NCBI GenBank assembly: GCA_012838635.1
Contig: DUOW01000002.1
Span: forward strand, 1-49,174
Direction of reading: 5' to 3'
Origin: Acholeplasma sp.
Lineage (GTDB): Bacteria > Bacillota_I > Bacilli_A > ML615J-28 > CAG-698
DNA: 49,174 bases
Under the pieces are notes generated by a model. That model saw only the letters and a program-made list of their open reading frames with translations, searched no databases and was not told where the DNA came from. This document shows positions 21,281 to 31,551 of this stretch, one piece after another (the stretch's first letter is position 1; each line of letters begins with the position of its first letter). The position numbers were made by a program, and so were the translations under genes.

Positions 21281-22906
21281 TTATTTGTACGAAGATTTTA
21301 AAGCAACTGTTTCGTTAAAAACAAGTTCATCTTCTTTGCTTTCTGTATCTACAGTATAATATCCATCTCTAATAAATTGGAAACTATCTCCCACTTTAAA
21401 CTCACTAAAGTCTTCTACAAACCCTTCTTTAATAGTCCAAGAGTCTTTACAAATTCTTTCACTAAAGTCTTTACCTTCAGTTCCTGGAACAAATAAAGAT
21501 GTAAAGTAATTAAACTTAGCTTTTCTAGCCGTACTCTTTTCTACATATCCAATATTACCATTTGGTTTTCTTTGATCAAATCCAGAACCAGATTTAGTCT
21601 CTGGATCATATGTACAATGAACTCTTAAAACATTACCATCTTTATCATATTCAACGCTATTAGCCTTAACAAAATAAGCATTCATTAATCTTACCTCTTC
21701 ACCTAATGCTAATCTTTTCCATTTCTTGTTTGGTTTTTCTTCAATAAAGTCATCTCTATTAATATAAACATATTTAGAAAAGGCCATCTTTCTTAAACCT
21801 AGTGCTTCATTTTCTGGATTGTTTACAACATCTACATACTCTACTTTACCTTCTGGGTAGTTATCAATAACAAGTTCAATTGGATCTACAACTGCAAAGA
21901 TTCTTGAAGTCTTTAATTTTAAGTCTTCTCTTACAGCATGTTCTAACATATCCATTGAAACAGTAGCATTAGTTTTAGAAAGTCCAGCACTAATAACAAA
22001 ATCTTTTACAGCATCAGCTGTATATCCTCTTCTTTTAATTCCTCTTAATGTTGGCATTCTTGGATCATCATATCCTGTAACATATCCCTTTTCTACAAGT
22101 TCTCTAAAATATCTTTTAGAAAGAATAGTATTTTCGATATTTAATCTACCAAACTCAATTTGTTGAGGAGTGTGTTCCATTTCACATTCCTTTACAAACC
22201 AGTCATATAAAGGCCTATGGTTTTCAAATTCAATTGAACAAAAAGAATGTGTAACACCTTCAATTGCATCTTGTAATGGATGAGCAAAATCATACATTGG
22301 ATAAATGCACCATTTATCTCCATGACGATGGTGATGTTGGTAAACTATACGATATATAATAGGATCTCTCATATTAATGTTAGGGTGAGCCATATCTATT
22401 TTTGCTCTTAAAGTTTTTTCACCTTCTTTGTATTTACCATTTTTCATGTTTTCAAAAAGTTCTAAGTTTTCTTCAACACTTCTTTCTCTATATGGTGAAT
22501 TAGTACCAGCTTCAGTAAATGATCCTCTCATTCTGCTAATTTCTTCTTGAGTTGAATCATCTACATAAGCTAAACCTTTTCTAATTAAAAGTTGAGCTCT
22601 TTTATATTGTTCATCAAAATAGTCACTTCCATATAAAATCTTATCAGGTTCATAGCCTAACCAACGTACATCTTCAATAATTGCATCTACATATTCCACA
22701 TCTTCTGACTCAGGGTTAGTATCATCAAAACGTAAGTTTGTTCTACCACCATAATCTTTAGCCGTCTCAAAATCAACTACAATTGCCCTTGCATGTCCAA
22801 TATGTAAATAAGAGTTTGGTTCAGGAGGAAATCTCGTAACTATTTCTTTAACTTTTCCTTCTGCTAGATCTTTCTCTACAATAGTTTTTATAAAATTTGA
22901 TTCCAT
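21281..22906 (-). CDS. glnS: Glutamine--tRNA ligase
   Basis: 'TRFPPEPNSYLHIGH', 'RFDDTNP', 'WCIYPMYDFAH', 'LSKR', 'DDPRMPT', 'FQFIRDGY'. Confidence 0.95.
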   Translation of the reverse strand: MESNFIKTIVEKDLAEGKVKEIVTRFPPEPNSYLHIGHARAIVVDFETAKDYGGRTNLRFDDTNPESEDVEYVDAIIEDVRWLGYEPDKILYGSDYFDEQYKRAQLLIRKGLAYVDDSTQEEISRMRGSFTEAGTNSPYRERSVEENLELFENMKNGKYKEGEKTLRAKIDMAHPNINMRDPIIYRIVYQHHHRHGDKWCIYPMYDFAHPLQDAIEGVTHSFCSIEFENHRPLYDWFVKECEMEHTPQQIEFGRLNIENTILSKRYFRELVEKGYVTGYDDPRMPTLRGIKRRGYTADAVKDFVISAGLSKTNATVSMDMLEHAVREDLKLKTSRIFAVVDPIELVIDNYPEGKVEYVDVVNNPENEALGLRKMAFSKYVYINRDDFIEEKPNKKWKRLALGEEVRLMNAYFVKANSVEYDKDGNVLRVHCTYDPETKSGSGFDQRKPNGNIGYVEKSTARKAKFNYFTSLFVPGTEGKDFSERICKDSWTIKEGFVEDFSEFKVGDSFQFIRDGYYTVDTESKEDELVFNETVALKSSYK

Positions 22907-22910
22907 TCTA

Positions 22911-23573
22911 TTATCCTTTCACATGTTTAAACTGAATGTTTTTTGCATTCACATATTTCTCATATATTTCTTTAGTTAGCTTAATAGCTTTATCAACTTC
23001 TGTATAACTAAAACACACGACAAAGACTAATAATTTCTTAGTCTTTTTTGTAATCATTGTTCTTTCGCTATCTGATGTAGAAGAGCCAAATGCTCCAACA
23101 TCATCTACATAAACAGGAATATTACTGACATTTAGTTTTCCTCTACCAATACCATAAAACAAATCATCAGTAGTTCCTTTTCTAATAACTACATCACCTA
23201 CAATTTTATCATAATCTAAAACTGCAGTATTACGCTTTAAAATTATTGATAAAGCATTACCAGCATCAACAGCATTATTGATTAAATATAATCCTCGATC
23301 TTTCACAATCCTTCTTAATAAAGACTCAGATGCTACTTTATAACGACTAGGATCTTTTCCTAAAGTCCTGTAAGCATTTCTTGCTTCTTCAATTAAAGGT
23401 ACCTTTAAAACAGCTTCTAAAGTGGGGCACATCTTTTGAACTTCTAGTTCCAATCTTTTAAGTAATGCTTTTAATTCTTCACTACTTTCTTTAATCTCAA
23501 CATCCATCGTAAAAGCTAGCGTATTAAAATCAGGAAGTAAATCGCTAATTGATTTATCTACAGTTATCTTCAA
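22911..23573 (-). CDS. Stand-alone B3/B4-domain protein (PheRS-beta editing-like)
   Basis: 'YRTLGKDPSRYKVASESLLRR', 'INNAVDAGN', 'GAFGSSTSDSERT'. TTG start. Confidence 0.8.
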   Translation of the reverse strand: MKITVDKSISDLLPDFNTLAFTMDVEIKESSEELKALLKRLELEVQKMCPTLEAVLKVPLIEEARNAYRTLGKDPSRYKVASESLLRRIVKDRGLYLINNAVDAGNALSIILKRNTAVLDYDKIVGDVVIRKGTTDDLFYGIGRGKLNVSNIPVYVDDVGAFGSSTSDSERTMITKKTKKLLVFVVCFSYTEVDKAIKLTKEIYEKYVNAKNIQFKHVKG

Positions 23574-23575
23574 CT

Positions 23576-25903
23576 TTAGTTTCCTTTTATTTCTGAAATA
23601 TAACTACTCAAGTTACTAATCTTAGCTTTAGTATCACTAATTCTTGCTTCTAAGTTTTCTTTGGCACTATTAACTCTTTCGATACTACAAACTAGTTCTA
23701 AATAGTATTGAACTTTTTCGTCTTTTTCTAATGCTGGAGTTTGCTTTTTAATATAGTCCATCTTGTGATATAACTGATCTTGGTATAAATTGATTTCTTT
23801 AAGTAAGTGTTCTGTCTTAACAATCTCATCATTTAAGTTTTGTTCTTGATAGTAACTAACATCATGATTTAGTCTCTTCATCTTTTCTTCATTGTTTTGG
23901 TATTCTTTGAATAGACGTCTTAACTCTTCACTATATAAATAGTAATCATGAATCGTTTGTTCATTACTTACTAAAGTATCCTTTAAATTAGTTCTTTCTA
24001 AAACACGGCGATTAACTTCATCTAGTTTAACTTCATAAACAGTAAGTTTGTTTTTAAGTTCAAAAAGACGAGCATCAAGTTTTTCAACTCTTTCTTGATC
24101 TACATTAGTTTTCACTAAAGATAACTCTAACTTTAATGCTTCATTCTTTTGATTTAGAAGTTCAAGTTCAGATTTGTTTTCTTGTAAAGCACTATCTGTA
24201 GCTTGTTTTTCTTTTTCTAAAGCGCTAAGTTTCTTTTCCAACTTTTTCTTTTCAGCTTCATTAGCTTTAATTGCCGCTTTATCTTCGGCTGTTAGAACTT
24301 CTTTTCTTCTTTCTTCTAGATATTTAGAAATTAAATCTACTTCAGCTTTGCTTAAAGCTACTAACTGACTATCATAGTCATTAATAAATGTTTGATAACG
24401 TAATTTAATTCTCGTTTTCTCATCTTTTTCTAGTTCAAGTAAAGCTTGTTTATTTAAATCTAAACTATACTTTGCATTTTGTAATTGATTGTTTAAATCT
24501 TTCTTTTCTTTTAAAGTAAGTTTTTTAGCTTCTAGTTTTCTTTCTAAAGAATCAATATCAATTAAATTATTATCAATGTCATTACGTTTATCTTGAATCT
24601 TAATTTTTAAAAGTTCAGAAGCATTTTTATAAGTTTGTTCTTCTTCATCACTTCTTAATTTAAGAACTGCTTTTTGCTCTCTAATTGCAGCAATCTCGCG
24701 TTTGAAATTAAGATCATCGATATCTTCTTCGGTAATACTATCAAACTTGTTGTTGATTGTATCAAGTTCACTTTGACGTTTCTTGATTTCTAAAACAATC
24801 TTATCTAGTTCAAGTAATAAGCCATCGTGCTTTTCTTCTAGTTTAGCTTTTTCACTTTCTTTAATAATCAAGTCTTTATTGTATTTTTCACTTAAAGTTT
24901 TTAATTCATCATCTTTTTTAGAAAGTTCAGCTTGAGTTTGATTTTGATATAAAAGTAAGGCTTCTTTATATGCTCTAATTTCTTCTGTAAGTTTTTCAAT
25001 TTGTGCATTGCTTACTTGTTTCGATTCTTGAGCTTGTTTAGCTAGTTTTTCTTCTAAAGTTTTGATTTCTGCTGCTTTTGCTTTAACTTCAGCTTCTAGT
25101 TCCTTTACTTTTAAATTATGGGCTTTTTCTAAATCTTTGACGTTCTTTTGACTCTTAGAAGATTTTTCTTGAATTTGTTTTTCTAATTCAGCTTTTTGTT
25201 TTTGAACACTTGCAACTTCAGCTAAAAACAAATCACGATAATTTAAATATCTTTCTTCTTCTTGTTTTTTGATAAGTGCTAGCTGGCTGGCAATTTCTTT
25301 TTCACGTTTATCTTTATTATTCTTAAGCATTGTGTTTGAACGTTTAAGGTTAGTTCTTTCCTTTTTAACTTCACTTAACTCTTCTTCGCGCTTTGAAAGA
25401 TCAGCTTTTAGCTTTTCATCGCTTTTCTTAGCTGCTTGAATTTGCTTTTTAAGTTCACTGTTACTAGCCTTTAACTTTTCTTCTAAAGTTTTCTTTTCTG
25501 CTTTAAAGTTTGTATCTAAAGCATCATAATCTTTCTTTAGTTTTTTATAAAAAGTGTTCTCTAAAGGTTCACTACTATTTAATTCTTTTAAGTCTACTTT
25601 TTTAGCTTCTAACTCTTTGTTTTTAGCTTTTAGATCTTTAGTAGTTTCTTTTTCCTTTTTCAAACTGCTTTTCGTTTTCGTAAGATCAGCTTTGGCTGTT
25701 TTTAAACTTTCTTTAGTTTTCTTAAGTTCTTCTTCTTGGCTAGCGATAGTTTCTTTTAAAGCTTTGTTTTCTTCTTGCAAAGCTGTTTTATCACTATCAT
25801 CTCCACCGTAAGATTGTCTTAATTTATCTAAAGCTTCTTTACGCTTTTGAACAACCTGCGTATCTGATCCTTCTACAACTTTATCTAGTTCTTTCTTTGC
25901 CAT
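23576..25903 (-). CDS. Long coiled-coil protein of unknown function
   Basis: 775 aa, K/E/L/Q-rich heptad pattern throughout. No TM segment or Walker motif seen. AAGGAG RBS. Confidence 0.75.
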   Translation of the reverse strand: MAKKELDKVVEGSDTQVVQKRKEALDKLRQSYGGDDSDKTALQEENKALKETIASQEEELKKTKESLKTAKADLTKTKSSLKKEKETTKDLKAKNKELEAKKVDLKELNSSEPLENTFYKKLKKDYDALDTNFKAEKKTLEEKLKASNSELKKQIQAAKKSDEKLKADLSKREEELSEVKKERTNLKRSNTMLKNNKDKREKEIASQLALIKKQEEERYLNYRDLFLAEVASVQKQKAELEKQIQEKSSKSQKNVKDLEKAHNLKVKELEAEVKAKAAEIKTLEEKLAKQAQESKQVSNAQIEKLTEEIRAYKEALLLYQNQTQAELSKKDDELKTLSEKYNKDLIIKESEKAKLEEKHDGLLLELDKIVLEIKKRQSELDTINNKFDSITEEDIDDLNFKREIAAIREQKAVLKLRSDEEEQTYKNASELLKIKIQDKRNDIDNNLIDIDSLERKLEAKKLTLKEKKDLNNQLQNAKYSLDLNKQALLELEKDEKTRIKLRYQTFINDYDSQLVALSKAEVDLISKYLEERRKEVLTAEDKAAIKANEAEKKKLEKKLSALEKEKQATDSALQENKSELELLNQKNEALKLELSLVKTNVDQERVEKLDARLFELKNKLTVYEVKLDEVNRRVLERTNLKDTLVSNEQTIHDYYLYSEELRRLFKEYQNNEEKMKRLNHDVSYYQEQNLNDEIVKTEHLLKEINLYQDQLYHKMDYIKKQTPALEKDEKVQYYLELVCSIERVNSAKENLEARISDTKAKISNLSSYISEIKGN

Positions 25904-25919
25904 ATTATTTCTCCTTTGC

Positions 25920-27335
25920 TTAATTTGCGATCATTTGAATAATAATTGCTATGAATAGCAAAACTGTCCCAGCAGCAATAGTCCAAAATAGACCATGCTT
26001 TATTATAACAAAAATCCAATGATTTTTCCTTAACTTTTCTGACTTTTCCACAATCTTCTTTCCATAAACACCAAAAGTGCTTAATTTAAATTTACTTAAA
26101 GTTAAGTTTTCAATTGCAACTTTTTGAATTTCACCTTGACTCTTAATTTTCTTTCGGTAATATCTAGTTACTTTATGATATTTACGATTATGTTCGCTAT
26201 TAATTTTCTTTTGAAAAACCCTTAAACTAACTAAGTCATCACGGTATTTTGTCCTCTCACTTACAAAAATAGCATTATAAATAAATAAGTAAAATAAACT
26301 AATTATTCCCAGTACAATGATAATTATTGCAAGAATATGGAAAAACGGAGCTTCAAAAAATAAATTTCCTAATGTCTTTTGTAAGTAGGCACCAAAACGA
26401 TAACGACCAAACCCATTCATTATTCGTGAATTAGGGCTATAGAAGATTGCTGCAAAAACAATTGCTGCTACAATAATCAAAATTTGGTAAAACTTAAAAT
26501 TAACTGCCTTATAACCAGGCTTATTTTTTACTGTTTTCTTGTTTGTTTCATATAACTCTTTTGTTTCTGCTTGGAAATCTTTACGCCATTTTTTAAAAAT
26601 AGCTTTAACTCTTTTTTGTTTTGGTTTAACTTCTTCTGGAGTTCTTAGAACAGTCCCAAAAGTCATTTCACTTTCATCTGTAGTAATTAAAAACTCCTCT
26701 AAATATTTAATCTTTAACTTTTCATCAACTTCATATAAGAAAGGACTCTTCCTTAATTTTTGAATTCTCTGAGCTTGAAGAACAAGATCATCATGTTCTG
26801 GTTTTAAGTTTTCTTCTTCAGCTTCTTCCTCTCCTTCAAAATCAGAAAAACTAATTACTTCTTTTACTTCTGGTCTTGTTTCTTCTAAAACAAGATCTTC
26901 TTCCAATGCTTCCTTAGAAAAATGCTCATCGTATCTTTGTTCTTCTTCTGGTTCTTCATAAACCACTTCTTCTTTGTATGAATATTCTTTTTCCAAAGGA
27001 TATTCTTCTTCTAAAGGATATTCTTCCTCTAATTTAATTTCTTCTGAAACCTGTTTATAATCTTCTGGATTGAAATGATCTTCAAAAACACCAACATTAA
27101 TTACTTCTTTTTCTGGTTCTTTAACTTTCGGTTCTTCTTTTTCTTTTCTTTTAAATAACCTTTTAAAATAACGTGTTTTTTTAGAATCTTCATACTCTTT
27201 TTCCAAATCAGGTAAAACAGTATATCTTTGTTGTTGGGACTCAATTGTAATATCTAATGTGTCTTCATCATAGAAACTAGATTTAAAGATATCTTCACTA
27301 ATTACTTCTTTATCAAAACGCTTATTTTTAGTCAT
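25920..27335 (-). CDS. Hypothetical membrane protein with an acidic, probably disordered N-terminal half
   Basis: Glu-rich N-terminal region, then about three hydrophobic segments separated by basic stretches. Confidence 0.7.
   Translation of the reverse strand: MTKNKRFDKEVISEDIFKSSFYDEDTLDITIESQQQRYTVLPDLEKEYEDSKKTRYFKRLFKRKEKEEPKVKEPEKEVINVGVFEDHFNPEDYKQVSEEIKLEEEYPLEEEYPLEKEYSYKEEVVYEEPEEEQRYDEHFSKEALEEDLVLEETRPEVKEVISFSDFEGEEEAEEENLKPEHDDLVLQAQRIQKLRKSPFLYEVDEKLKIKYLEEFLITTDESEMTFGTVLRTPEEVKPKQKRVKAIFKKWRKDFQAETKELYETNKKTVKNKPGYKAVNFKFYQILIIVAAIVFAAIFYSPNSRIMNGFGRYRFGAYLQKTLGNLFFEAPFFHILAIIIIVLGIISLFYLFIYNAIFVSERTKYRDDLVSLRVFQKKINSEHNRKYHKVTRYYRKKIKSQGEIQKVAIENLTLSKFKLSTFGVYGKKIVEKSEKLRKNHWIFVIIKHGLFWTIAAGTVLLFIAIIIQMIAN
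26983..27032. repeat. Imperfect 18-bp in-frame tandem repeat, about 3 units (LEEEYP LEEEYP LEKEY)
   Basis: tattctttttccaaagga / tattcttcttctaaagga / tattcttcctctaa. Confidence 0.7.
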
Positions 27336-28902
27336 AAGCCTTCACCCCAGAATAACTAATCAAGTCATCATTTAAGAGCCCAACTGTCTTAAATCTTTCT
27401 TGTTGAAAGATATTTTCATAAACAACAATCTGTGATTGGAATTTAATATTGTCTAAATTCTCAAAAAATAAATCTATACCTGCTTCCGTTAAGACAACAT
27501 CTTTTTGGTATGTATTGGTATATAAATAAAAGATATATTGTGTGTAAAGTTCAAAACCATTAATCTTTTTATTTAGTAAAGCGTCATTGATATATACCTT
27601 AAGTAAAGGCCTTTTCTCCCAAGTCCTCTTTACAAATAACTCTTTATAATTACAAGCAAAGATTAATCTTGAGGCAAAATCAATATTCTCGTTTAATAAT
27701 AAAAACTCTTCTTCATGTTTTTGATATTGCTTAATTATTGTCTTAGCATTTTTAAAATAATAACTATTTTCAGAAGCAAAGACAGTCATAAACTTATCAA
27801 AATATTGATTTAGTAATTCTCTATCTTCACTAATTACAATTAGCTTTTGCTCATATTCTAAAAGATTATTAACTTCAAGCATATAAAACAATTTAGTTTT
27901 ATGATCTAAATAGAATTGATAATTTTCTAAACTCTTTTCTAAGGCCATCTTGCCATAACGATTAGAGTTGTTATAGATATCATCTTTACTAGCAATAATT
28001 AAATTAATTGTTTGTTCTTTATCGCTTATATCATTTTTTAAAATAACTGGTAAATATGCTTGATAATTAATAATCAAATCACGGTTGTCTTTAAGAATTT
28101 GAATCTTTGGATTATCCTTTTCTAGCTTAATGATTTGGTCAATAACATACTTTTTACCATTTTTAGCTATAAAAGCAAATAAATCTTTTTCTCCTAACAA
28201 TAGTTTTTTTGCTTCATCTTTCTCTAAAACTTCATTCCAAGATGTTTCTTCAAAAGTTGTATTTAAATTACGCAATTCATAATATATTTCAAAATCATCA
28301 TCTAAGAAACCAAAAGAAAATTGTTTCCTTGTCTCATTGATTTCTAAATAATCATCGATGTGTAAGTTTTGATATTCGTTTAATTTACTTACCTCAAATA
28401 AATGATTTGTTTGGGTAACGATAGCATTAGAAACAGGCGACTTTTGATTAACATTTGTGATTGGTGATAACAAGTATCCTAAAATAAAAATCAAAATATA
28501 AGATGTTCCTAAAGAAATAAAAGCACCAATAGCTCTACTTACCGGTTTTTTATCATCTAAGAAATAAGATAGGTTCCTTCTTCTAATAATTTTGAAAAGA
28601 TAAATTATTAAAAAATAAAATACTAGATATAACAAAACATAGTTTCCAAGGGTAATTGCTAAATTAGTATGACCGCTTAAGCCAAAAATCGTAACAATTA
28701 CTTTTGCAACCCCCATATATCCTTTAAGACTAAATAAAAAATTAATCACTAAAGGAAAAAGAAAGTAGTTCAAAAGAATTGGAACTAACAAGGCTATTGT
28801 TTTTTGTGTTTGGTTGTAGATGCCTCTAATTGCACCTAAAACTAACTCAAAAACTACGATTATTAAAATGATAAAATCAAAATTTATTCCGTAATTTGTC
28901 AT
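27328..28902 (-). CDS. CvpA-family membrane protein with a long C-terminal extension
   Basis: CvpA-like N-terminus 'FDFIILIIVV..LVLGAIRG' and 'SRAIGAFISL' with about 4 TM helices, then about 360 aa of helical soluble region. Confidence 0.6.
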   Translation of the reverse strand: MTNYGINFDFIILIIVVFELVLGAIRGIYNQTQKTIALLVPILLNYFLFPLVINFLFSLKGYMGVAKVIVTIFGLSGHTNLAITLGNYVLLYLVFYFLIIYLFKIIRRRNLSYFLDDKKPVSRAIGAFISLGTSYILIFILGYLLSPITNVNQKSPVSNAIVTQTNHLFEVSKLNEYQNLHIDDYLEINETRKQFSFGFLDDDFEIYYELRNLNTTFEETSWNEVLEKDEAKKLLLGEKDLFAFIAKNGKKYVIDQIIKLEKDNPKIQILKDNRDLIINYQAYLPVILKNDISDKEQTINLIIASKDDIYNNSNRYGKMALEKSLENYQFYLDHKTKLFYMLEVNNLLEYEQKLIVISEDRELLNQYFDKFMTVFASENSYYFKNAKTIIKQYQKHEEEFLLLNENIDFASRLIFACNYKELFVKRTWEKRPLLKVYINDALLNKKINGFELYTQYIFYLYTNTYQKDVVLTEAGIDLFFENLDNIKFQSQIVVYENIFQQERFKTVGLLNDDLISYSGVKAYD

Positions 28903-28930
28903 CTTTCATAGCCCTTCTTTGCTTATATAT

Positions 28931-28959
28931 ATTATATCAAATTACAGTGTTTTTTTCAA
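28931..28959 (-). promoter_or_regulatory. Sigma-A promoter of the CvpA-like to pcrA operon
   Basis: TTGAAA-17 bp-TATAAT with TG extension. Confidence 0.75.
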
Positions 28960-28982
28960 TTGGTGATATATTTAATTTAAAT

Positions 28983-29013
28983 TAAAAAAGGTGTCTAAAA
29001 CGACACCTTTTTA
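28983..29013 (-). terminator. Terminator after the LRR lipoprotein gene
   Basis: AAAAAGGTGTC...GACACCTTTTT hairpin. Confidence 0.8.
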
Positions 29014-29025
29014 GATATTTTTTTA

Positions 29026-30078
29026 CTATTCAGGTAGTTTACTCATCGGTTGAATACGATCTGCAAAGTCCACCCAAATTTTAGCGGCTTTATAAAAGGC
29101 AACAGCATTATCAGGAACGTAAATCTTCACTTTAGAATTTAATTTTAAGAATCCTTGAGGAACATTTAATAATGCCACATCTTGAACTTCTAAAACTAAT
29201 TCTCTTAAATCATTAAAACGATCTAATGATTTTTGTTCAAAACCAATAACCTTTGTTGTGTCACTAGCTTTAACTTCCATAATAACAGTTGATGCTCTTA
29301 AGTCTCCACTACGACTAACAGCAGTGATTGTAGCAAAGCCAGGTTCTTTAGCTGTAACAGTTCCTGTATCAGCATCAATCGAAATAACTCTTGGATTACT
29401 TGAAGCCCAAGTTGCTGGTGCACTTACAGTTTCGCCTTCAGCATTTGCTTGAACTGAACGTAAAGTAAGAATGTCCCCTACATATGATGATCTTGCACCT
29501 TCAATAATAATTGGATTTGCATCTGTGCTATCACTTGTATAATATTCATAGTCTGGTTCATCTCTTGTAATTGTTAAGCGCTTAACGTTTGTACAACCAG
29601 CAAATGCTGATTCAGAAATTAATTTAACACCACCTGGAATATGAATACTCTCTAACTTAGTGTTTTGATAAAAAGCAAATTTACCAATTTTCTCTAAAGT
29701 ATTAGGAAAAACAATTTCTTTTAATTTACTTTTAGAAATAGTAACTAAACCAAATAATTTAGTATATTCAAAAAATGCATAGTCGGCAATTTCACGAACA
29801 GGTTTGTTATCAATCATTTCAGGAATTTCTAATGTCTTGTGTCTTTTAACAGTGTTAACAATAACTACATAACTATCATCAACTTCTTCTTGATAAGGAA
29901 CTCCATATTCATCTTCTTTGTAAACAGTTTTTACCCCCTCAACAATCTTATAATTAAAAACACCATCAGTTAAGATTCCTGTTTTATCGTAATCATATTT
30001 TCTTTCACCACATCCTACTAAAACAAAAACTAATAAGAATGTAATAAGTAATGCTAAATATCTTTTACTAGTTTGCAT
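29026..30078 (-). CDS. BspA-type leucine-rich-repeat lipoprotein with an Ig-like (Big_2) domain
   Basis: Lipobox LVG-C. TpLRR repeats 'PNTLEKIGKFAF..NTKLESIHIPGGVKLISESAFAGC'. Big_2 'WASSNPRVISID..GTVTAKEPGFATIT'. C-cap 'IYVP..AVAFYK..W'. Confidence 0.85.
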   Translation of the reverse strand: MQTSKRYLALLITFLLVFVLVGCGERKYDYDKTGILTDGVFNYKIVEGVKTVYKEDEYGVPYQEEVDDSYVVIVNTVKRHKTLEIPEMIDNKPVREIADYAFFEYTKLFGLVTISKSKLKEIVFPNTLEKIGKFAFYQNTKLESIHIPGGVKLISESAFAGCTNVKRLTITRDEPDYEYYTSDSTDANPIIIEGARSSYVGDILTLRSVQANAEGETVSAPATWASSNPRVISIDADTGTVTAKEPGFATITAVSRSGDLRASTVIMEVKASDTTKVIGFEQKSLDRFNDLRELVLEVQDVALLNVPQGFLKLNSKVKIYVPDNAVAFYKAAKIWVDFADRIQPMSKLPE

Positions 30079-30101
30079 AACTGCCTCCTATTTCATTTAT
30101 T

Positions 30102-30130
30102 ATTATACTATAAAATAACTATAAAAGCAA
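30102..30130 (-). promoter_or_regulatory. Sigma-A promoter of the LRR lipoprotein gene
   Basis: TTGCTT-17 bp-TATAAT. Confidence 0.65.
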
Positions 30131-30139
30131 TAAAATTTA

Positions 30140-31099
30140 TTACTTTACCTGAAGCTTATATTTAAAATAACCAGCAACTGCAATCATTGCGGCATTGTCT
30201 GTACAATACTCAAATTTAGGAAAAGTTAGTTCTAAATTAGGGATTTTACTTACTGCTTCCTTTAATTTAGCACGTAAGCCTTTGTTTGCAGCAACTCCTC
30301 CAGCTACAATAATCTGCTTAACTTTATATTCTAAAGCTGCTTTAATTGTTTTACTAACTAAAACTGAAACAACACTATTTTGAAAAGAGGCAGCTAAGTT
30401 AGCCTTATTTATTGCTTCACCTTTTTGTTTTGTACTATTTACTAAATTTAAAACAGCACTCTTTAACCCGGAAAAGCTAAAGTTGTAACTATCTTTATCT
30501 AAATAGACATAAGGTAAGTTGTATGTAGCATCTCCCATTAAGGCTAAATCATCTAAAGGTTTACCAGCTGGATAAGGAAGATCTAACACTCTTCCCACTT
30601 TGTCATAAGCCTCACCAACAGCATCGTCTAATGTTTGCCCTAAAATTTCAAACTGATAATGATCTTTCATTAACACAAGTTCTGTATGACCACCACTAAC
30701 AACTAAAGCAAGTAAAGGAAACACAAAATCTTTTTCAATATAATTAGCATAAATATGACCAATCAAATGATTAACTTCAATATATTCAATTTCATTTGCT
30801 AGCGCAAAAGCTTTTGCCGCATTAACTCCAACCATTAAAGATCCAATTAATCCTGGAGTTGAAGTCACCGCTACTAAATCAATATCTTTGGCTTCTAAAT
30901 TAGCTTTTTTTAAAGCTGCTTCTAAAACATAAGTTATTTTTAAAACATGATGTCGTGATGCAACTTCAGGAATAACACCACCAAATTCTTGATGAATTGC
31001 GATTTGCGAATAAACAATATTTGCTAGAACTTCTTTTCCATCCTTTACAATACTAACTGCAGTTTCATCACAACTTGTTTCTACACCTAAAACAATCAT
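30140..31099 (-). CDS. tsaD: tRNA N6-adenosine threonylcarbamoyltransferase
   Basis: 'ETSCDET', 'PEVASRHH', 'NHLIGH', 'VSGGHT', '[10 protein letters not shown]', 'TDNAAMI'. Confidence 0.96.
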   Translation of the reverse strand: MIVLGVETSCDETAVSIVKDGKEVLANIVYSQIAIHQEFGGVIPEVASRHHVLKITYVLEAALKKANLEAKDIDLVAVTSTPGLIGSLMVGVNAAKAFALANEIEYIEVNHLIGHIYANYIEKDFVFPLLALVVSGGHTELVLMKDHYQFEILGQTLDDAVGEAYDKVGRVLDLPYPAGKPLDDLALMGDATYNLPYVYLDKDSYNFSFSGLKSAVLNLVNSTKQKGEAINKANLAASFQNSVVSVLVSKTIKAALEYKVKQIIVAGGVAANKGLRAKLKEAVSKIPNLELTFPKFEYCTDNAAMIAVAGYFKYKLQVK

Positions 31100-31551
31100 T
31101 TTTTCTTCCCTCTTTCAAATTGGATACCATAAAGAATAGCATCTTCGCCATCTCTGTAATATCTTCTTCTTATATAAATTGGATTTAAGCCAAATTTCTC
31201 ATAAATAGAAATTGCTTTTTTATTACTCTTTCTTACTTCTAAAGTTAATAAATTTACATCCATCTCTTCACATAAATCAAGCAAGAAATTAAAAAGCATC
31301 TTTCCATATCCTTGATTTTGCATCTCTTGAACAACATAAAAAGAAACAACATCACAAGTATCAGAATTAATATATGCTCCAATAAACCCAATTATTTCTT
31401 CATCTTTTTCTAAAACATAATAATACTGAAAAGGATTAAGTACTAAATCTTGATAGAAAAAGTCATATCCTAAAGACTCACCAAAAATATCTTTTTCCTG
31501 TCTAACTACAGGAACGATATCTTCAACTTTCATTTGCCTTATTTTTACCAC
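31096..31551 (-). CDS. rimI: RimI-type GNAT N-acetyltransferase
   Basis: 'QNQGYG', '[17 protein letters not shown]', 'RRRYY..GEDA'. Conserved position between tsaB and tsaD. Confidence 0.85.
   Translation of the reverse strand: MVKIRQMKVEDIVPVVRQEKDIFGESLGYDFFYQDLVLNPFQYYYVLEKDEEIIGFIGAYINSDTCDVVSFYVVQEMQNQGYGKMLFNFLLDLCEEMDVNLLTLEVRKSNKKAISIYEKFGLNPIYIRRRYYRDGEDAILYGIQFERGKKK

Noticed and set aside
23576-25903. SMC or SbcC assignment for the coiled-coil protein
   Set aside because: No Walker A/B, ABC signature, hinge or CxxC zinc hook is visible.
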